From IMG/VR virus record IMGVR_UViG_3300036401_000412: a stretch of DNA of 64,000 bases; one strand, given 5' to 3'. Made by a program: the position numbers and the translations under genes. Source of the DNA: an uncultured virus (IMG/VR IMGVR_UViG_3300036401_000412). Taxonomy: Duplodnaviria > Heunggongvirae > Uroviricota > Caudoviricetes. The notes under the pieces were generated by a model that saw only the letters and a program-made list of their open reading frames with translations, had not been told where the DNA came from and did not search any database. Positions 19,701 through 26,911 of the stretch are shown in pieces; the stretch's first letter is position 1; every line of letters starts with the position of its first letter.

Positions 19701-22628
19701 TGAGAGACCGGGAATTGATGTTGTGGTGGCAAGTCTGAGATAAATTCCGCCCGTCGCGGTGGGCGTGCCGGACAGCCGGATGTCGATGTAGGGCAACCCG
19801 CGATCAGGATCGGCATTACCGGTCGCGACGACCTGCGTCGCGATGCCAAGCGTCGTGCTCCATGACCAGTTGGTGGGCGGCGTGCCCGGGGTGCCGACCA
19901 CCGCGCCCTCGGCGTTCGGATTGTCGATCCAGTTGGTCATGCCGCCCTGACCACCGATGATCACGGAGACCACGGTGCTGTCCGGCGTGATGACGCGATC
20001 GGTGACCCGTGGCGTGCCGGGTGGTGGCAGCAACAGATCGGTGACGTTGGAGCCGTATTCGACCTGCGCGCCCGCGAGGCGGACAGTGAAATCGACCACC
20101 GAGCCGGGTGGATAGACGAACGCGAACACCGGCCAGACGAAGCCGGTCGCCGGATCGTTCGTTATGACATCGGCGTAATCGAAGAACCGCTGCAATGTTC
20201 CGGTGAGGGTGACCGGTATCCAGGGAACCGGCGCCGTGATAATCCCGCCGTTAATATCGTTGACATAGAGGCCATACTGGAACGTCACCTGCCCGCCGTT
20301 GGTCGAGCCACCGACCAGCGCGGCATAGATCGAGGTGGACCACGTATCGCCCGGGCTGGCGACAATACCGTTGTTGAGTTCAAGCCGGATGTTGTTGGAG
20401 TTTGTGGTGGCGGTGCCGAAGTAGCGGAAGTCAACGTAGTTCAGCCCGGTCGCAACATCGGTGCCGGTGCCGACGATCTGCCGCGACAGGCCGCCGACCA
20501 AGGTCGCGGTCCAATAGGTGGGCGCCGTGCCGGGGGTGCCAGGGATGGCGCCCTCGCCGCGCGGGTTGCGCACCAGATTGACCTGCCCGCCGCGCCCGTC
20601 GAGTTGCGCGCGGGCTTGCAGCGCGTAGACCATCGCGGGCGTCAGGACGCGATCGGTTGGCCCCATCGTGCCGTCCGGCGGCATCGACACGTCGGTGACC
20701 AGTCCGGCGAACTCCACCTGCGGCGCCGACAGCCGCAGCGTGTAATCCACCGGCTGGCCGGTGGTCACCAGCATCTGAACCGTCGGCCAGACGTGGCGGA
20801 TGGTCGTTGTCCCAGTGAGCGTGAAGGGCGGCACCGCGAACCGCTGCATCACGTCGTTGATCGCGAGCGGATTGGTGGTGTAGCTGGGCGCGGTGACGAT
20901 GGTGCCGGTCGCGTCGGTGGTATACAGCCCGAGCGTAAAGTTGACGACGTTGGTCAGATCACCGGCCGTGATCGCCGCATAGATCGATTGCGAGAACGTA
21001 TCGCCCGGGTTGCAGTTGATACCAACCGAATTATCCCAGCGGATATTGCCGCCGCTGTTGCCGCCGCCAGTGGTCGCTGTGCCGGTGAAGCGGAACTCGA
21101 CATAGGGCAGCCCGGTGGTGGCATCGACGCCGTAGTTGCAGCTTGATCGCGTCACCCCGGCCGGCGGCGCGGTTGACCAGTAAGTGGGCTGCGTGCCGGG
21201 TGAACCGGTGACGCCACCCAGCATCAGCGGATTGCGGATCAGGTTGACCTGATTGCCGACGCCGTTGATCTGCGCATAGGCCAGCTTGGTGGTCGCCGGA
21301 TACGACATCGGCGTCGCAACCAGCGGTGCGTTGGTCGTAGCGGGTGCGCCGACCGGTGGTAGGATGACAGGCGAGTTTGACGCTGCGCGTTCTAATTGCG
21401 GGGCGGCAATACGGAACGTGACATTGATCGCAACGCCTGTCGTCGCGAATTGGATGTTGAACCTGGACTGCGCGGCGGTCGAGTTGACCAGTGATGCCCC
21501 GGTGAGGAAAAACCGTTGCAGCGCTCCGGTCAGTGACGGTCCAAAATTGACGCTTGCCGCAGACCCGCCACCCACCCATCCTATCTGGAAGTAGGTGCTG
21601 GTGATGTTGGCGAGACTGCCACCGACCAACGCGACAGAGACCGCCTGGGACCATTGATCGAACGGCGCGCTGGGCGCGTTGCCGTTGTCGAACCCCAGGA
21701 TCAGAAACGTCGCACCAACCGCCGTGGTGCCGGAATACTGGATATCGATATAGGGCAGCCCGGTCGCACCGTCGGTGCCGGTGCCGATGATGGTCTTGGT
21801 CAGTCCCGAGGTGTCGCTGACAAACCCCCAGCCCGTGCTCGGGAGCGCGCCGCCCGAACCGATGACACCAACCACCGCGCCTTCCGCGCGCGGGTTGCGG
21901 ATATAGTTGGTCGGGCCACCACGCCCAGCGATGAGCGCCGCGCCGACTTTCCATGCCGCGAGCCATGTCGTGGGTTGCGCCAGCACGGCGCGATTAGAGA
22001 CGCCGGGTGAACCCACGGGCGGCAGCATGATCGGTGTCGGGGCTGTCTCAAGCTCCAGTTGAATGCCCGCAAAACGGATCGTGAAATCCACCGTGCCGGT
22101 CGGGTAGGAATACTGGAACATCGGAAACGCAAAACGGGCATTCGCACTGGCAACGGTGCATGGCCCAGCGGTGAACCGTTGCAGCGTCGAGGTCAGGGTG
22201 ACGTTCTGATGTCCGACACCGCCGTCAGAGATCAGTGTGCCGTTAGCATCGGCGTCATAGAGGAACGGCTGGGTCGTGCTGGGAATCGCGCCAGCGACCA
22301 CCGCCAGATACATCGACAGTGACCACTGATCCCCGGCAATGGTGGGGACAAGGTTTGATGCCATGAAGCGGACGTTGTTGGTGCCAGCCGTGGTCGAACC
22401 GCTTACCCGAATGTCAATGTAAGTCAGTCCGGTCGTGACATCGACGCCGGTCCCAATCACCTCGGTGACACCGCTGGGGCCACCGACAAGGCCCATTACC
22501 CAGCCAGTGGGCAGTGCGCCACCTGAGCCGAGTATCCCGACAACCGCGCCCTCCATGCGCGGGTTGCGAATGTAGTTGGATTGACCACCCGTGCCATCGA
22601 TACGCGCAGTGGCATTGACGATCGCCAT
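13788..22628 (-). CDS. Giant 2946-aa repetitive fibre/adhesin-like virion protein
   Basis: Uninterrupted 8.8-kb ORF. It has seven ~220-aa N-x-x-x-NP domains plus dozens of ~20-aa A-x-A-x-I-x-G-x-G repeats. Confidence 0.85.
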   Translation of the reverse strand: MAIVNATARIDGTGGQSNYIRNPRMEGAVVGILGSGGALPTGWVMGLVGGPSGVTEVIGTGVDVTTGLTYIDIRVSGSTTAGTNNVRFMASNLVPTIAGDQWSLSMYLAVVAGAIPSTTQPFLYDADANGTLISDGGVGHQNVTLTSTLQRFTAGPCTVASANARFAFPMFQYSYPTGTVDFTIRFAGIQLELETAPTPIMLPPVGSPGVSNRAVLAQPTTWLAAWKVGAALIAGRGGPTNYIRNPRAEGAVVGVIGSGGALPSTGWGFVSDTSGLTKTIIGTGTDGATGLPYIDIQYSGTTAVGATFLILGFDNGNAPSAPFDQWSQAVSVALVGGSLANITSTYFQIGWVGGGSAASVNFGPSLTGALQRFFLTGASLVNSTAAQSRFNIQFATTGVAINVTFRIAAPQLERAASNSPVILPPVGAPATTNAPLVATPMSYPATTKLAYAQINGVGNQVNLIRNPLMLGGVTGSPGTQPTYWSTAPPAGVTRSSCNYGVDATTGLPYVEFRFTGTATTGGGNSGGNIRWDNSVGINCNPGDTFSQSIYAAITAGDLTNVVNFTLGLYTTDATGTIVTAPSYTTNPLAINDVMQRFAVPPFTLTGTTTIRHVWPTVQMLVTTGQPVDYTLRLSAPQVEFAGLVTDVSMPPDGTMGPTDRVLTPAMVYALQARAQLDGRGGQVNLVRNPRGEGAIPGTPGTAPTYWTATLVGGLSRQIVGTGTDVATGLNYVDFRYFGTATTNSNNIRLELNNGIVASPGDTWSTSIYAALVGGSTNGGQVTFQYGLYVNDINGGIITAPVPWIPVTLTGTLQRFFDYADVITNDPATGFVWPVFAFVYPPGSVVDFTVRLAGAQVEYGSNVTDLLLPPPGTPRVTDRVITPDSTVVSVIIGGQGGMTNWIDNPNAEGAVVGTPGTPPTNWSWSTTLGIATQVVATGNADPDRGLPYIDIRLSGTPTATGGIYLRLATTTSIPGLSGDGWSQSVHAALVGGSTVNLLSVGQVVLYLTTAGTLVTNTGSTQFTPTATLQRFSISNRVTPVGATIRRVCPVLWFQLTIGNAIDLTLRIAAPQFESNPVVTPPILPPLGSPGVTTRALLAQPTTLVAAQARIDGIGGFTNWMTNPNGIGGVVGTSTLPTNWSAGNTAASWTVVGTGTVVTDDDAKTLNYVDIRFNATPTSSGNTLRLDLTTAIPTQPSAIWSMSMYVALVGGSLAAGNVAMGQILYAISATGVNLAGTGQINFTPTASLQRFFLANRTMPTAYPDTRYVWPVIAFGYTQGAAVDFTLRIAGIQLEAGSVCTPVAVPSAANFGPFTRGLLAMPTVANFAQINGVGTLRAAAAKITTAQGQIGGAGNVRATAVVRAGAQAEIDGEGFVSATGGGLQFARAVINGGEGNRLNARGTPGPQTPNTCVVSTDIPSPFGDNSLVFKHTAFNSTNATNCGALGNTTGPLNIPYTINVWVWLPAGWAGSELHFPVEGLAYPNLSYPFTPDQYADLTLTNQWQLVSYQLPTSPVGAGTFSMVCRPVDPTATSFYTSLWAAVPDTLAAAPTQTMRGLAEIDGEGFVVPAPLGRVPTSARIAGVGSFAATVFSTRAASAEIDGVGTPRANVTPLRPASAEIDGAGFITATPSAFATQAQARIAGVGSVAADGQPMRAAAARINGVGGVRATVSSRFVAASAEIDGQGGGKTNYIRNPRLEGAVVGVVGSGGLRPTFWVVGGDPMAWDVVSIGVEDGLSYVDIRWHGISTATANSYILPEGAIGPNQPQSFPGLTSTSSLYCRLVGGDLTNVNRVQLSQQDRASDQTYISGNAVLFTLPGGVTLGTQRFAVSWTSSATGAFMVPVIYAFFNAGSLAIDFTLRIGGLQQEWGALATQLILPPAGIFGPWMRGIDAGARLLLPAAGEIDGEGFVTTSPGRLLPAQARIAGLGSLQVDARPARAASAEIDGEGFVIPALTTRALITLEIDGEGFVLATATPLRPTQARIDGVGTVRAIGGAILLAAARLNGVGSCNILPTGAQLAQLEIDGQGSLRANAVPARGATAAVAGIGSVSATATVRVAGLAEIDGEGFITAPGMGLRPALGRIDGLGSFVALASARARASAEIDGEGFPTGDAQRVAQLRQALAEIDGVGTIRATAVAQMLGAALIAGLGQVRADGLAQHPSGSQVIPGEGFVLTVATAVVQAAALIAGTGGVTAVSRAALPAGAGIAGTGSLTADSVPRRAGVARITGDAGVAATAQLLLPAQARIAGQGSLTADTLGEDEGAARIDGLGALRADGLVQRPANARIDGLGTVRAAAAVPAQAAAEIDGAGSVRAAVQGATPAQARLAGVGSLRVDALVQRPASATIAGVGTLAAQAIRLGAIVPASARIDGVGAVAAAGGGLNLIAARIDGVGAVLATITANREAAARINGIGGVQAAALYLGQTPAAGLIAGRGGVFVAMPALRARVLRVAPIGAVGHIAASATVIATAAARIRGVGGVSLAAVESHPAAARIAGTGRVRMTAHLAFAARATLHGIGLLRAKVSAEIHAATARIAGTGSVRAATSGHFTVPAAARIDGTGALRATTTARRDAAALLAGEGDLDTHGRPAQFAEAAIVGTGRVAAHASVAARMAASRLNGVGSVRATGARVIPAGAVIFGRGYIDANGTHEVRDGAAIVGVGRVQANATQVHQTHPAAAVIHGTGSLRVTRARLHAVIAAVLTGIGRAVARGSIHAPADARVGGRGLVRADAVKAPRVAGAILTGHGGVHANAQVRHYVHASARITGSGHLAAAVSDVLQSVHASARIHGLGAVHADSDVHEAIHAAARIDGHGLLRQFPIPGWFHASARARIGGHGAVHAIAHVAHPARARIIGLGRVRAALHRLVLASAHIAGVGQVRDQVVVHTLVYAEARIDGAGRLRTDPHIPRERVAALGVYLPPTPRGAAIPPQTGGDVTLPPTRRSVTV

Positions 22629-22650
22629 GTCAGCGACCGTCCCGTGTGGG

Positions 22651-23046
22651 TTATGCCAGGGTGATAATCAAGGCGCCTGCGCTGAACACCAGCGAGTCAC
22701 CCGCATTGAGCGCGCGCGCCGTGGTCAGCGTGCCATACCACAGCATGTTGCCACCCGACGCCGCCACCGTGTCCCACACCTGCAAGCCGGAGATGGTTGC
22801 CGATGAAAGGATCGGACCGAACGTCATCGCGTTGGTGTTGGAGCACGAACCGGCGGGTGACGCCGCCGCCGCCATTTGCAGCGTCTGGCGCGTCATGCCG
22901 GAGCCGGTCGGGAGTTCAGACCCGGAGATCGATGAGGGCACCCCCAAGCTCAGTCCAACGCTCCATGACGTCGGGCGCGTCGCCGCCACCGCGTCTAGGC
23001 TCCAGTCCAGCATCGCCTTTTGCAGATACGCCGAGATGCCCGCCAT
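22651..23046 (-). CDS. Small fibre-associated structural protein
   Basis: SAYLQKAMLD…L.L..P…E…G..RQ…N…FG…WD…GGN.LWYG pattern seen in small phage fibre proteins. GGAG SD. Confidence 0.7.
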   Translation of the reverse strand: MAGISAYLQKAMLDWSLDAVAATRPTSWSVGLSLGVPSSISGSELPTGSGMTRQTLQMAAAASPAGSCSNTNAMTFGPILSSATISGLQVWDTVAASGGNMLWYGTLTTARALNAGDSLVFSAGALIITLA

Positions 23047-24076
23047 GATCCTCTCCTTTCAAAGCGGCCCTCGCCGCGTGAAACACTGCTTCGTGGGTGA
23101 TGTCCGCGATGCACGCGGCCGCCTCGGCGTTCGCCGCCTTGCGGCAGGTGGCCACGGTGTCGTGCAGTTGGTGGCACGGCCAGCAATCGACGCGCACCCG
23201 ATCGGCGTGCATCGTCCGTGTGTTGATCCAGTGCTTGGTGATGTTCTCCGGGCTGGCGTGGGAAAGCAGCATGATCTTGGGCATCGCTTCCATCGCGACC
23301 CCCCACATCAGGCCGGTGTCGGGACCGATCACCAGATCGCATTGTTGCAGCGTCGCGAGTGAGCGCCGGATCGGCCACGACGGCTTGTCCTTATCGGGCG
23401 AGATCGCCGCGTGCATACCACCGTAGCTACCGTTGTATTCGGCCACGAAATCCTGCACGTGCTCGGCGATCTTGCTTTCGGTCTCCGATCCGAACATCAC
23501 CACGGCAACGCGCAACTCGCGGATGAGTTTGACGATGAGCATGGGCATGTAGGGCCAGATTTTGTCGAGGCGCGAGCCGGACAGGCTGATACCGACAACA
23601 TGACGAACGCCGCCAGCACTGCGTATCGTGTCCAGCGTGCGTTTGGCGTGGTCGGTCTCGGCTGGTGTCGGATAGAAGCGCGGCGCGAAGTCATGACGCA
23701 CCTCGGCGATGTCGTGGATGAACTCCAGATAGTTGATGCCGCAATGCGCCCGCCGCCACGACGCCGGCCAGTAGAACGCGGTTTGTCCGGGTAACAGCGC
23801 GAGCGAGGTTTCGCAGCTATGCGAGAGGTTGATCCAGCGTTCGTATTCGCGGCCGCGATGCGCGAACCACGCCTGCCACTGATCGCCCTGCGGCAGATCG
23901 CCCGGCTCGCGCACGGTGAGTTTGCTGATGCTTGGATGGTTTAAAAACGTAACGTGCTGCGGCGACTGCGCCATCATTTCGACGTGGTATTTTTCGGCGA
24001 GCAGCGGCAGCACCGAGGACGCCATGAGATTGTCGCCGATGCCGCCCATGCGGGCTACAAGGCACCAGGGCTTCAC
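22916..24076 (-). CDS. Glycosyltransferase family 9 (heptosyltransferase-like)
   Basis: N-terminal RMGGIGD, C-terminal DLVIGPDTG and a CWPCH…C…C cluster. The 3' end overlaps the next gene by 131 nt. Confidence 0.85.
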   Translation of the reverse strand: MKPWCLVARMGGIGDNLMASSVLPLLAEKYHVEMMAQSPQHVTFLNHPSISKLTVREPGDLPQGDQWQAWFAHRGREYERWINLSHSCETSLALLPGQTAFYWPASWRRAHCGINYLEFIHDIAEVRHDFAPRFYPTPAETDHAKRTLDTIRSAGGVRHVVGISLSGSRLDKIWPYMPMLIVKLIRELRVAVVMFGSETESKIAEHVQDFVAEYNGSYGGMHAAISPDKDKPSWPIRRSLATLQQCDLVIGPDTGLMWGVAMEAMPKIMLLSHASPENITKHWINTRTMHADRVRVDCWPCHQLHDTVATCRKAANAEAAACIADITHEAVFHAARAALKGEDHGGHLGVSAKGDAGLEPRRGGGDAPDVMERWTELGGALIDLRV

Positions 24077-24077
24077 G

Positions 24078-24248
24078 CTACAGGCGGCCCATCAGCAACA
24101 GCACCAGCAGCACCACGATGATGATGCCGACGATGCCGAAGCCGGGGCCGTAATAGGGACTGCTGTGCCAGCCCGAGCGATAGCCGTAGCCGCCGCCGAA
24201 CAACAGTAGGATCACCAACACGATCAGGATCAGCATCAAGGGCGACAT
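24078..24248 (-). CDS. Small two-TM membrane protein (DUF3309-like)
   Basis: LILIVLVILLLFGGG…GIVGIIIVVLLVLLLMGRL; GGAGG SD. Confidence 0.75.
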   Translation of the reverse strand: MSPLMLILIVLVILLLFGGGYGYRSGWHSSPYYGPGFGIVGIIIVVLLVLLLMGRL

Positions 24249-24292
24249 GATCGGCCCTCCATTAAGAACCCGGCGCCAGTCGTCGAGTGTGG

Positions 24293-24478
24293 TCAGGTGG
24301 AATACAGATAGCCGTGGCGCGACAACCCGAGCAGGATGATCGCGAGGCATACCAGCACGATGATGAGCTTCAGGATCGGGTCGATCAGCACCGGGCCACG
24401 CGCGACGATGATGATCAGATCAACCAACCAGCACGCCAGCCACGCAACGACGCCATAGACGATGGCTTTCTCTTGCAT
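24293..24478 (-). CDS. Small two-TM membrane protein
   Basis: Two hydrophobic segments; likely start MQEKAIV. Confidence 0.6.
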   Translation of the reverse strand: MQEKAIVYGVVAWLACWLVDLIIIVARGPVLIDPILKLIIVLVCLAIILLGLSRHGYLYST

Positions 24479-24492
24479 CGGCCACCCCAAAA

Positions 24493-24702
24493 TCAGGCAG
24501 GTTTATGCACCACGTGGCGATACTCGCCGGTCGGTAGTTTTACCCGAAACGGTGGCGGCCCCATCTCAGCGAGCAGCAGCGGGGTCTTCGGCAGCGGGTG
24601 CCACACGCCGTCGTCGGTGATGTGGCCCCAGGGTTTGCCGTCGTCGAAGTCTTCCTGCTTTTTCAGGAACTCAATGACTTCCTCGCTGACACCCTTTGCC
24701 AT
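24493..24702 (-). CDS. Hypothetical protein
   Basis: ATG overlaps the upstream TGA (MAKGVSEEV…). Confidence 0.55.
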   Translation of the reverse strand: MAKGVSEEVIEFLKKQEDFDDGKPWGHITDDGVWHPLPKTPLLLAEMGPPPFRVKLPTGEYRHVVHKPA

Positions 24703-24923
24703 CAGTTCGGTTCCTTCCGCGTCAGGCACGACTCGATGATCTTGGTGATCATCGCATTCCTGAGTTCGGTGTTATGCTGGAATGACCACGCCGCCACGCC
24801 AAGGAACACGATATTCAACAACACCAACAAGAGGAAGGCGGGCGGCAGTGCGCGGATCAGCTTCTCGCTGACGTTGGCGATCAGCCCGGTATTGCTGGTT
24901 GGCGGTCCTGGTGCGTCGCTCAC
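24702..24923 (-). CDS. Single-TM membrane protein (holin-like candidate)
   Basis: Hydrophobic stretch LPPAFLLLVLLNIVFLGVAAW. GTGA-coupled start. Confidence 0.55.
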   Translation of the reverse strand: MSDAPGPPTSNTGLIANVSEKLIRALPPAFLLLVLLNIVFLGVAAWSFQHNTELRNAMITKIIESCLTRKEPN

Positions 24924-25031
24924 ACGCCGCACATGGTTCGCAGATGCCAGTCGAACGACGAGAAGCTGATCTCGCCGCGCCGGAATTTGGCTTCCATCTC
25001 ACGGTTGAGTGCCACGAACTCCGGCGGATAC

Positions 25032-25220
25032 TCAAAACCCGGCGCGACCGTCGATCACCACCTCGCCCGGGCCGATGACGTGCACGCGGCCATGCGCGGC
25101 CGACGATGCCTCATCCTTGGCAGGCTCCGGTGTTGGTGTCGGCGTGGGTGCCGGATTGGGATCGGGCTGCGGCTTCGGGTTGTTGGGATCATCGGCGCCC
25201 TTGTTGGGATCGTCAGACAT
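25032..25220 (-). CDS. Pro-rich hypothetical protein (possible +1 extension to 24920)
   Basis: GGAG SD. Ends GGG TTT TGA with an open +1 frame downstream. Confidence 0.55.
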   Translation of the reverse strand: MSDDPNKGADDPNNPKPQPDPNPAPTPTPTPEPAKDEASSAAHGRVHVIGPGEVVIDGRAGF

Positions 25221-25506
25221 CAGCGGTCTCCTGTGATGGCAGCGGCGGCAGCGTCGAGGTGCCGGGCCGCAGCGGCTGGATCGGCTTCGGCTTGGTGCCG
25301 GGCTTGGTGGCGCCCTTGACGTTGGTCGGGTTGGGCCGCAGCGGCAAGCCCAGCACGCGCACCTGCCGCTGCACAGTCTGCTTCGACACGTGGAACCGGC
25401 GCATGATCTCGCTGATGTATTTGCCCTCGGTCCACATCTTGGCGAACCGCGCGTTTTCGTCGTCGGTCCACACGCGCGGCACGATGTGCTCGCGGCGGAT
25501 GTTCAC
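25213..25506 (-). CDS. GcrA-like HTH transcription regulator (N-terminal domain)
   Basis: WTDDENARFAKMWTEGKYISEI…VSKQTV…RVLGL resembles the GcrA N-terminal HTH. GTG start coupled to the upstream stop. Confidence 0.65.
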   Translation of the reverse strand: MNIRREHIVPRVWTDDENARFAKMWTEGKYISEIMRRFHVSKQTVQRQVRVLGLPLRPNPTNVKGATKPGTKPKPIQPLRPGTSTLPPLPSQETADV

Positions 25507-25856
25507 CAGAACCCCGGCGCGCGATAGCCGGCGACGTGCTGCACCGCCGCCCAGAACGCACGGGCGGCTTCGGTCAGGGGGAGGCCGTCGGGGATCATCA
25601 CCTCGCCGGTCTCCAGGTCGATCTGGATACCGCACGGATGCAGTAGCAGGTGGTCCGGCGTCGGCTTCAATGTCTGGATCGTCACGCCGTCGAGCGGCAT
25701 CACGATGTCAGCGGCCCGGATGGTCGCTGTGATCGCATCGGCGATCGAGCGGTCGACGTAGGCTTTGGCGACGTCACTGCCGCTGGCGGCACCACCAACG
25801 CGCAGCGCGCCTTCGCTCATATCGATATCGCCCAGCAACGGCTCCAGTTTGTCCAT
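25503..25856 (-). CDS. Hypothetical protein
   Basis: TGATG coupling to the MuF gene. Confidence 0.6.
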   Translation of the reverse strand: MDKLEPLLGDIDMSEGALRVGGAASGSDVAKAYVDRSIADAITATIRAADIVMPLDGVTIQTLKPTPDHLLLHPCGIQIDLETGEVMIPDGLPLTEAARAFWAAVQHVAGYRAPGFW

Positions 25857-26659
25857 CAGTCGAACCCCTCGATCACAGGCCGCGAGCTACAGCGACAGTT
25901 GATCTCAAAGCCGGGCCACGTCCAACGGCCCTCAAGATACGCCCCGCGTGCCACCTCGTATATCGGCCCACTCGGGCCTGGGGTATACTTGCCCCTGGAG
26001 AACGCCAGATGCTCGGGGCGGAAATGGCCCGGGGCTGTAATGTTGCTGTGCATCCAGTGGGCGCGCTTGATACCGGCCTGGGTCTGCCGGGTCTTGGTGA
26101 TCACCGAGTTCAGCTTGAAGGTCTGATCCTTGGCGATCAGCGTCGCGCGCTTTTTCGGCAGATCGAATTGCTCGCGCAGTTCCTTTTGCAGCGCGTGGAT
26201 GTCGTTGCCCTTCTGCACGTTGCGCATCACCAGCCCCTCGACGCGCTGGAGGTGCTGGGCCGCGATCGACTTGATCAAGCCGACGTTCTCGGTGACGGCG
26301 GCCCGCATGATCACGTTGATCTCGGGCGATACCTTGAACTCGACCGTCCAGCCGGCCTGATCGAGCAGTTGCTCCATCCGCTGGGTGGTGTGCGCGACCG
26401 CGCGGCCGCCCCACTGGCCGGCGACGTCGGGCGCCAGTTCGTCGAAGTTCGACTGCCAGCGCCGGCCCAATTCCTTCATCGTGGTGATGATACGCTGGGC
26501 GCCGCGCGGGTCTTCCTGCCAGCGGGCCGACAGCCAGTAATCGAGCGAGTTGTTCATCGCGTCGATCGCGCGCCAGAGCCTGGAACGGTAGACCGCGCCG
26601 ACCCCGGCGTTGGGATGCACGGGTGGGAGAACCTGGGGTTTCTTGGGCGGCACCGCCAT
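25856..26659 (-). CDS. MuF-like (SPP1 gp7) minor head protein
   Basis: ENVGLIKSI, RATLIAKDQ, RPEH and PG.EINCRC motifs. Confidence 0.88.
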   Translation of the reverse strand: MAVPPKKPQVLPPVHPNAGVGAVYRSRLWRAIDAMNNSLDYWLSARWQEDPRGAQRIITTMKELGRRWQSNFDELAPDVAGQWGGRAVAHTTQRMEQLLDQAGWTVEFKVSPEINVIMRAAVTENVGLIKSIAAQHLQRVEGLVMRNVQKGNDIHALQKELREQFDLPKKRATLIAKDQTFKLNSVITKTRQTQAGIKRAHWMHSNITAPGHFRPEHLAFSRGKYTPGPSGPIYEVARGAYLEGRWTWPGFEINCRCSSRPVIEGFD

Positions 26660-26682
26660 GCGTCACCCCCAGGTGGGCAGGT

Positions 26683-26910
26683 TTACTCCTCGGCGGGCTG
26701 TGCAGGCCCCACGTCGGCCTCGGCGGCTTCATCGTCGGGATCGGGCGGCGCCGGGTCGACCGAGGTCACGCGCGGCATGGTGGTGGCATGCGGGATGCCG
26801 AGGCTTTCCGCCTCGCCGTCCCAGATCACCTCGCCCTCGGCCGCGTCCTCGCTGTCGTAGGACACGATCGTCATGCCGGTCGTCGAGTTGGGTTGCCGTT
26901 CATCGGCCAT
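26683..26910 (-). CDS. Small acidic protein
   Basis: 75 aa starting 1 nt after the portal-ART stop codon; very Asp/Glu-rich. Confidence 0.55.
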   Translation of the reverse strand: MADERQPNSTTGMTIVSYDSEDAAEGEVIWDGEAESLGIPHATTMPRVTSVDPAPPDPDDEAAEADVGPAQPAEE

Positions 26911-26911
26911 G

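Noticed and set aside
13788..22628. Diversity-generating retroelement acting on the giant fibre
   Set aside because: No reverse transcriptase in the window, and I saw no template/variable repeat pair differing only at adenines.
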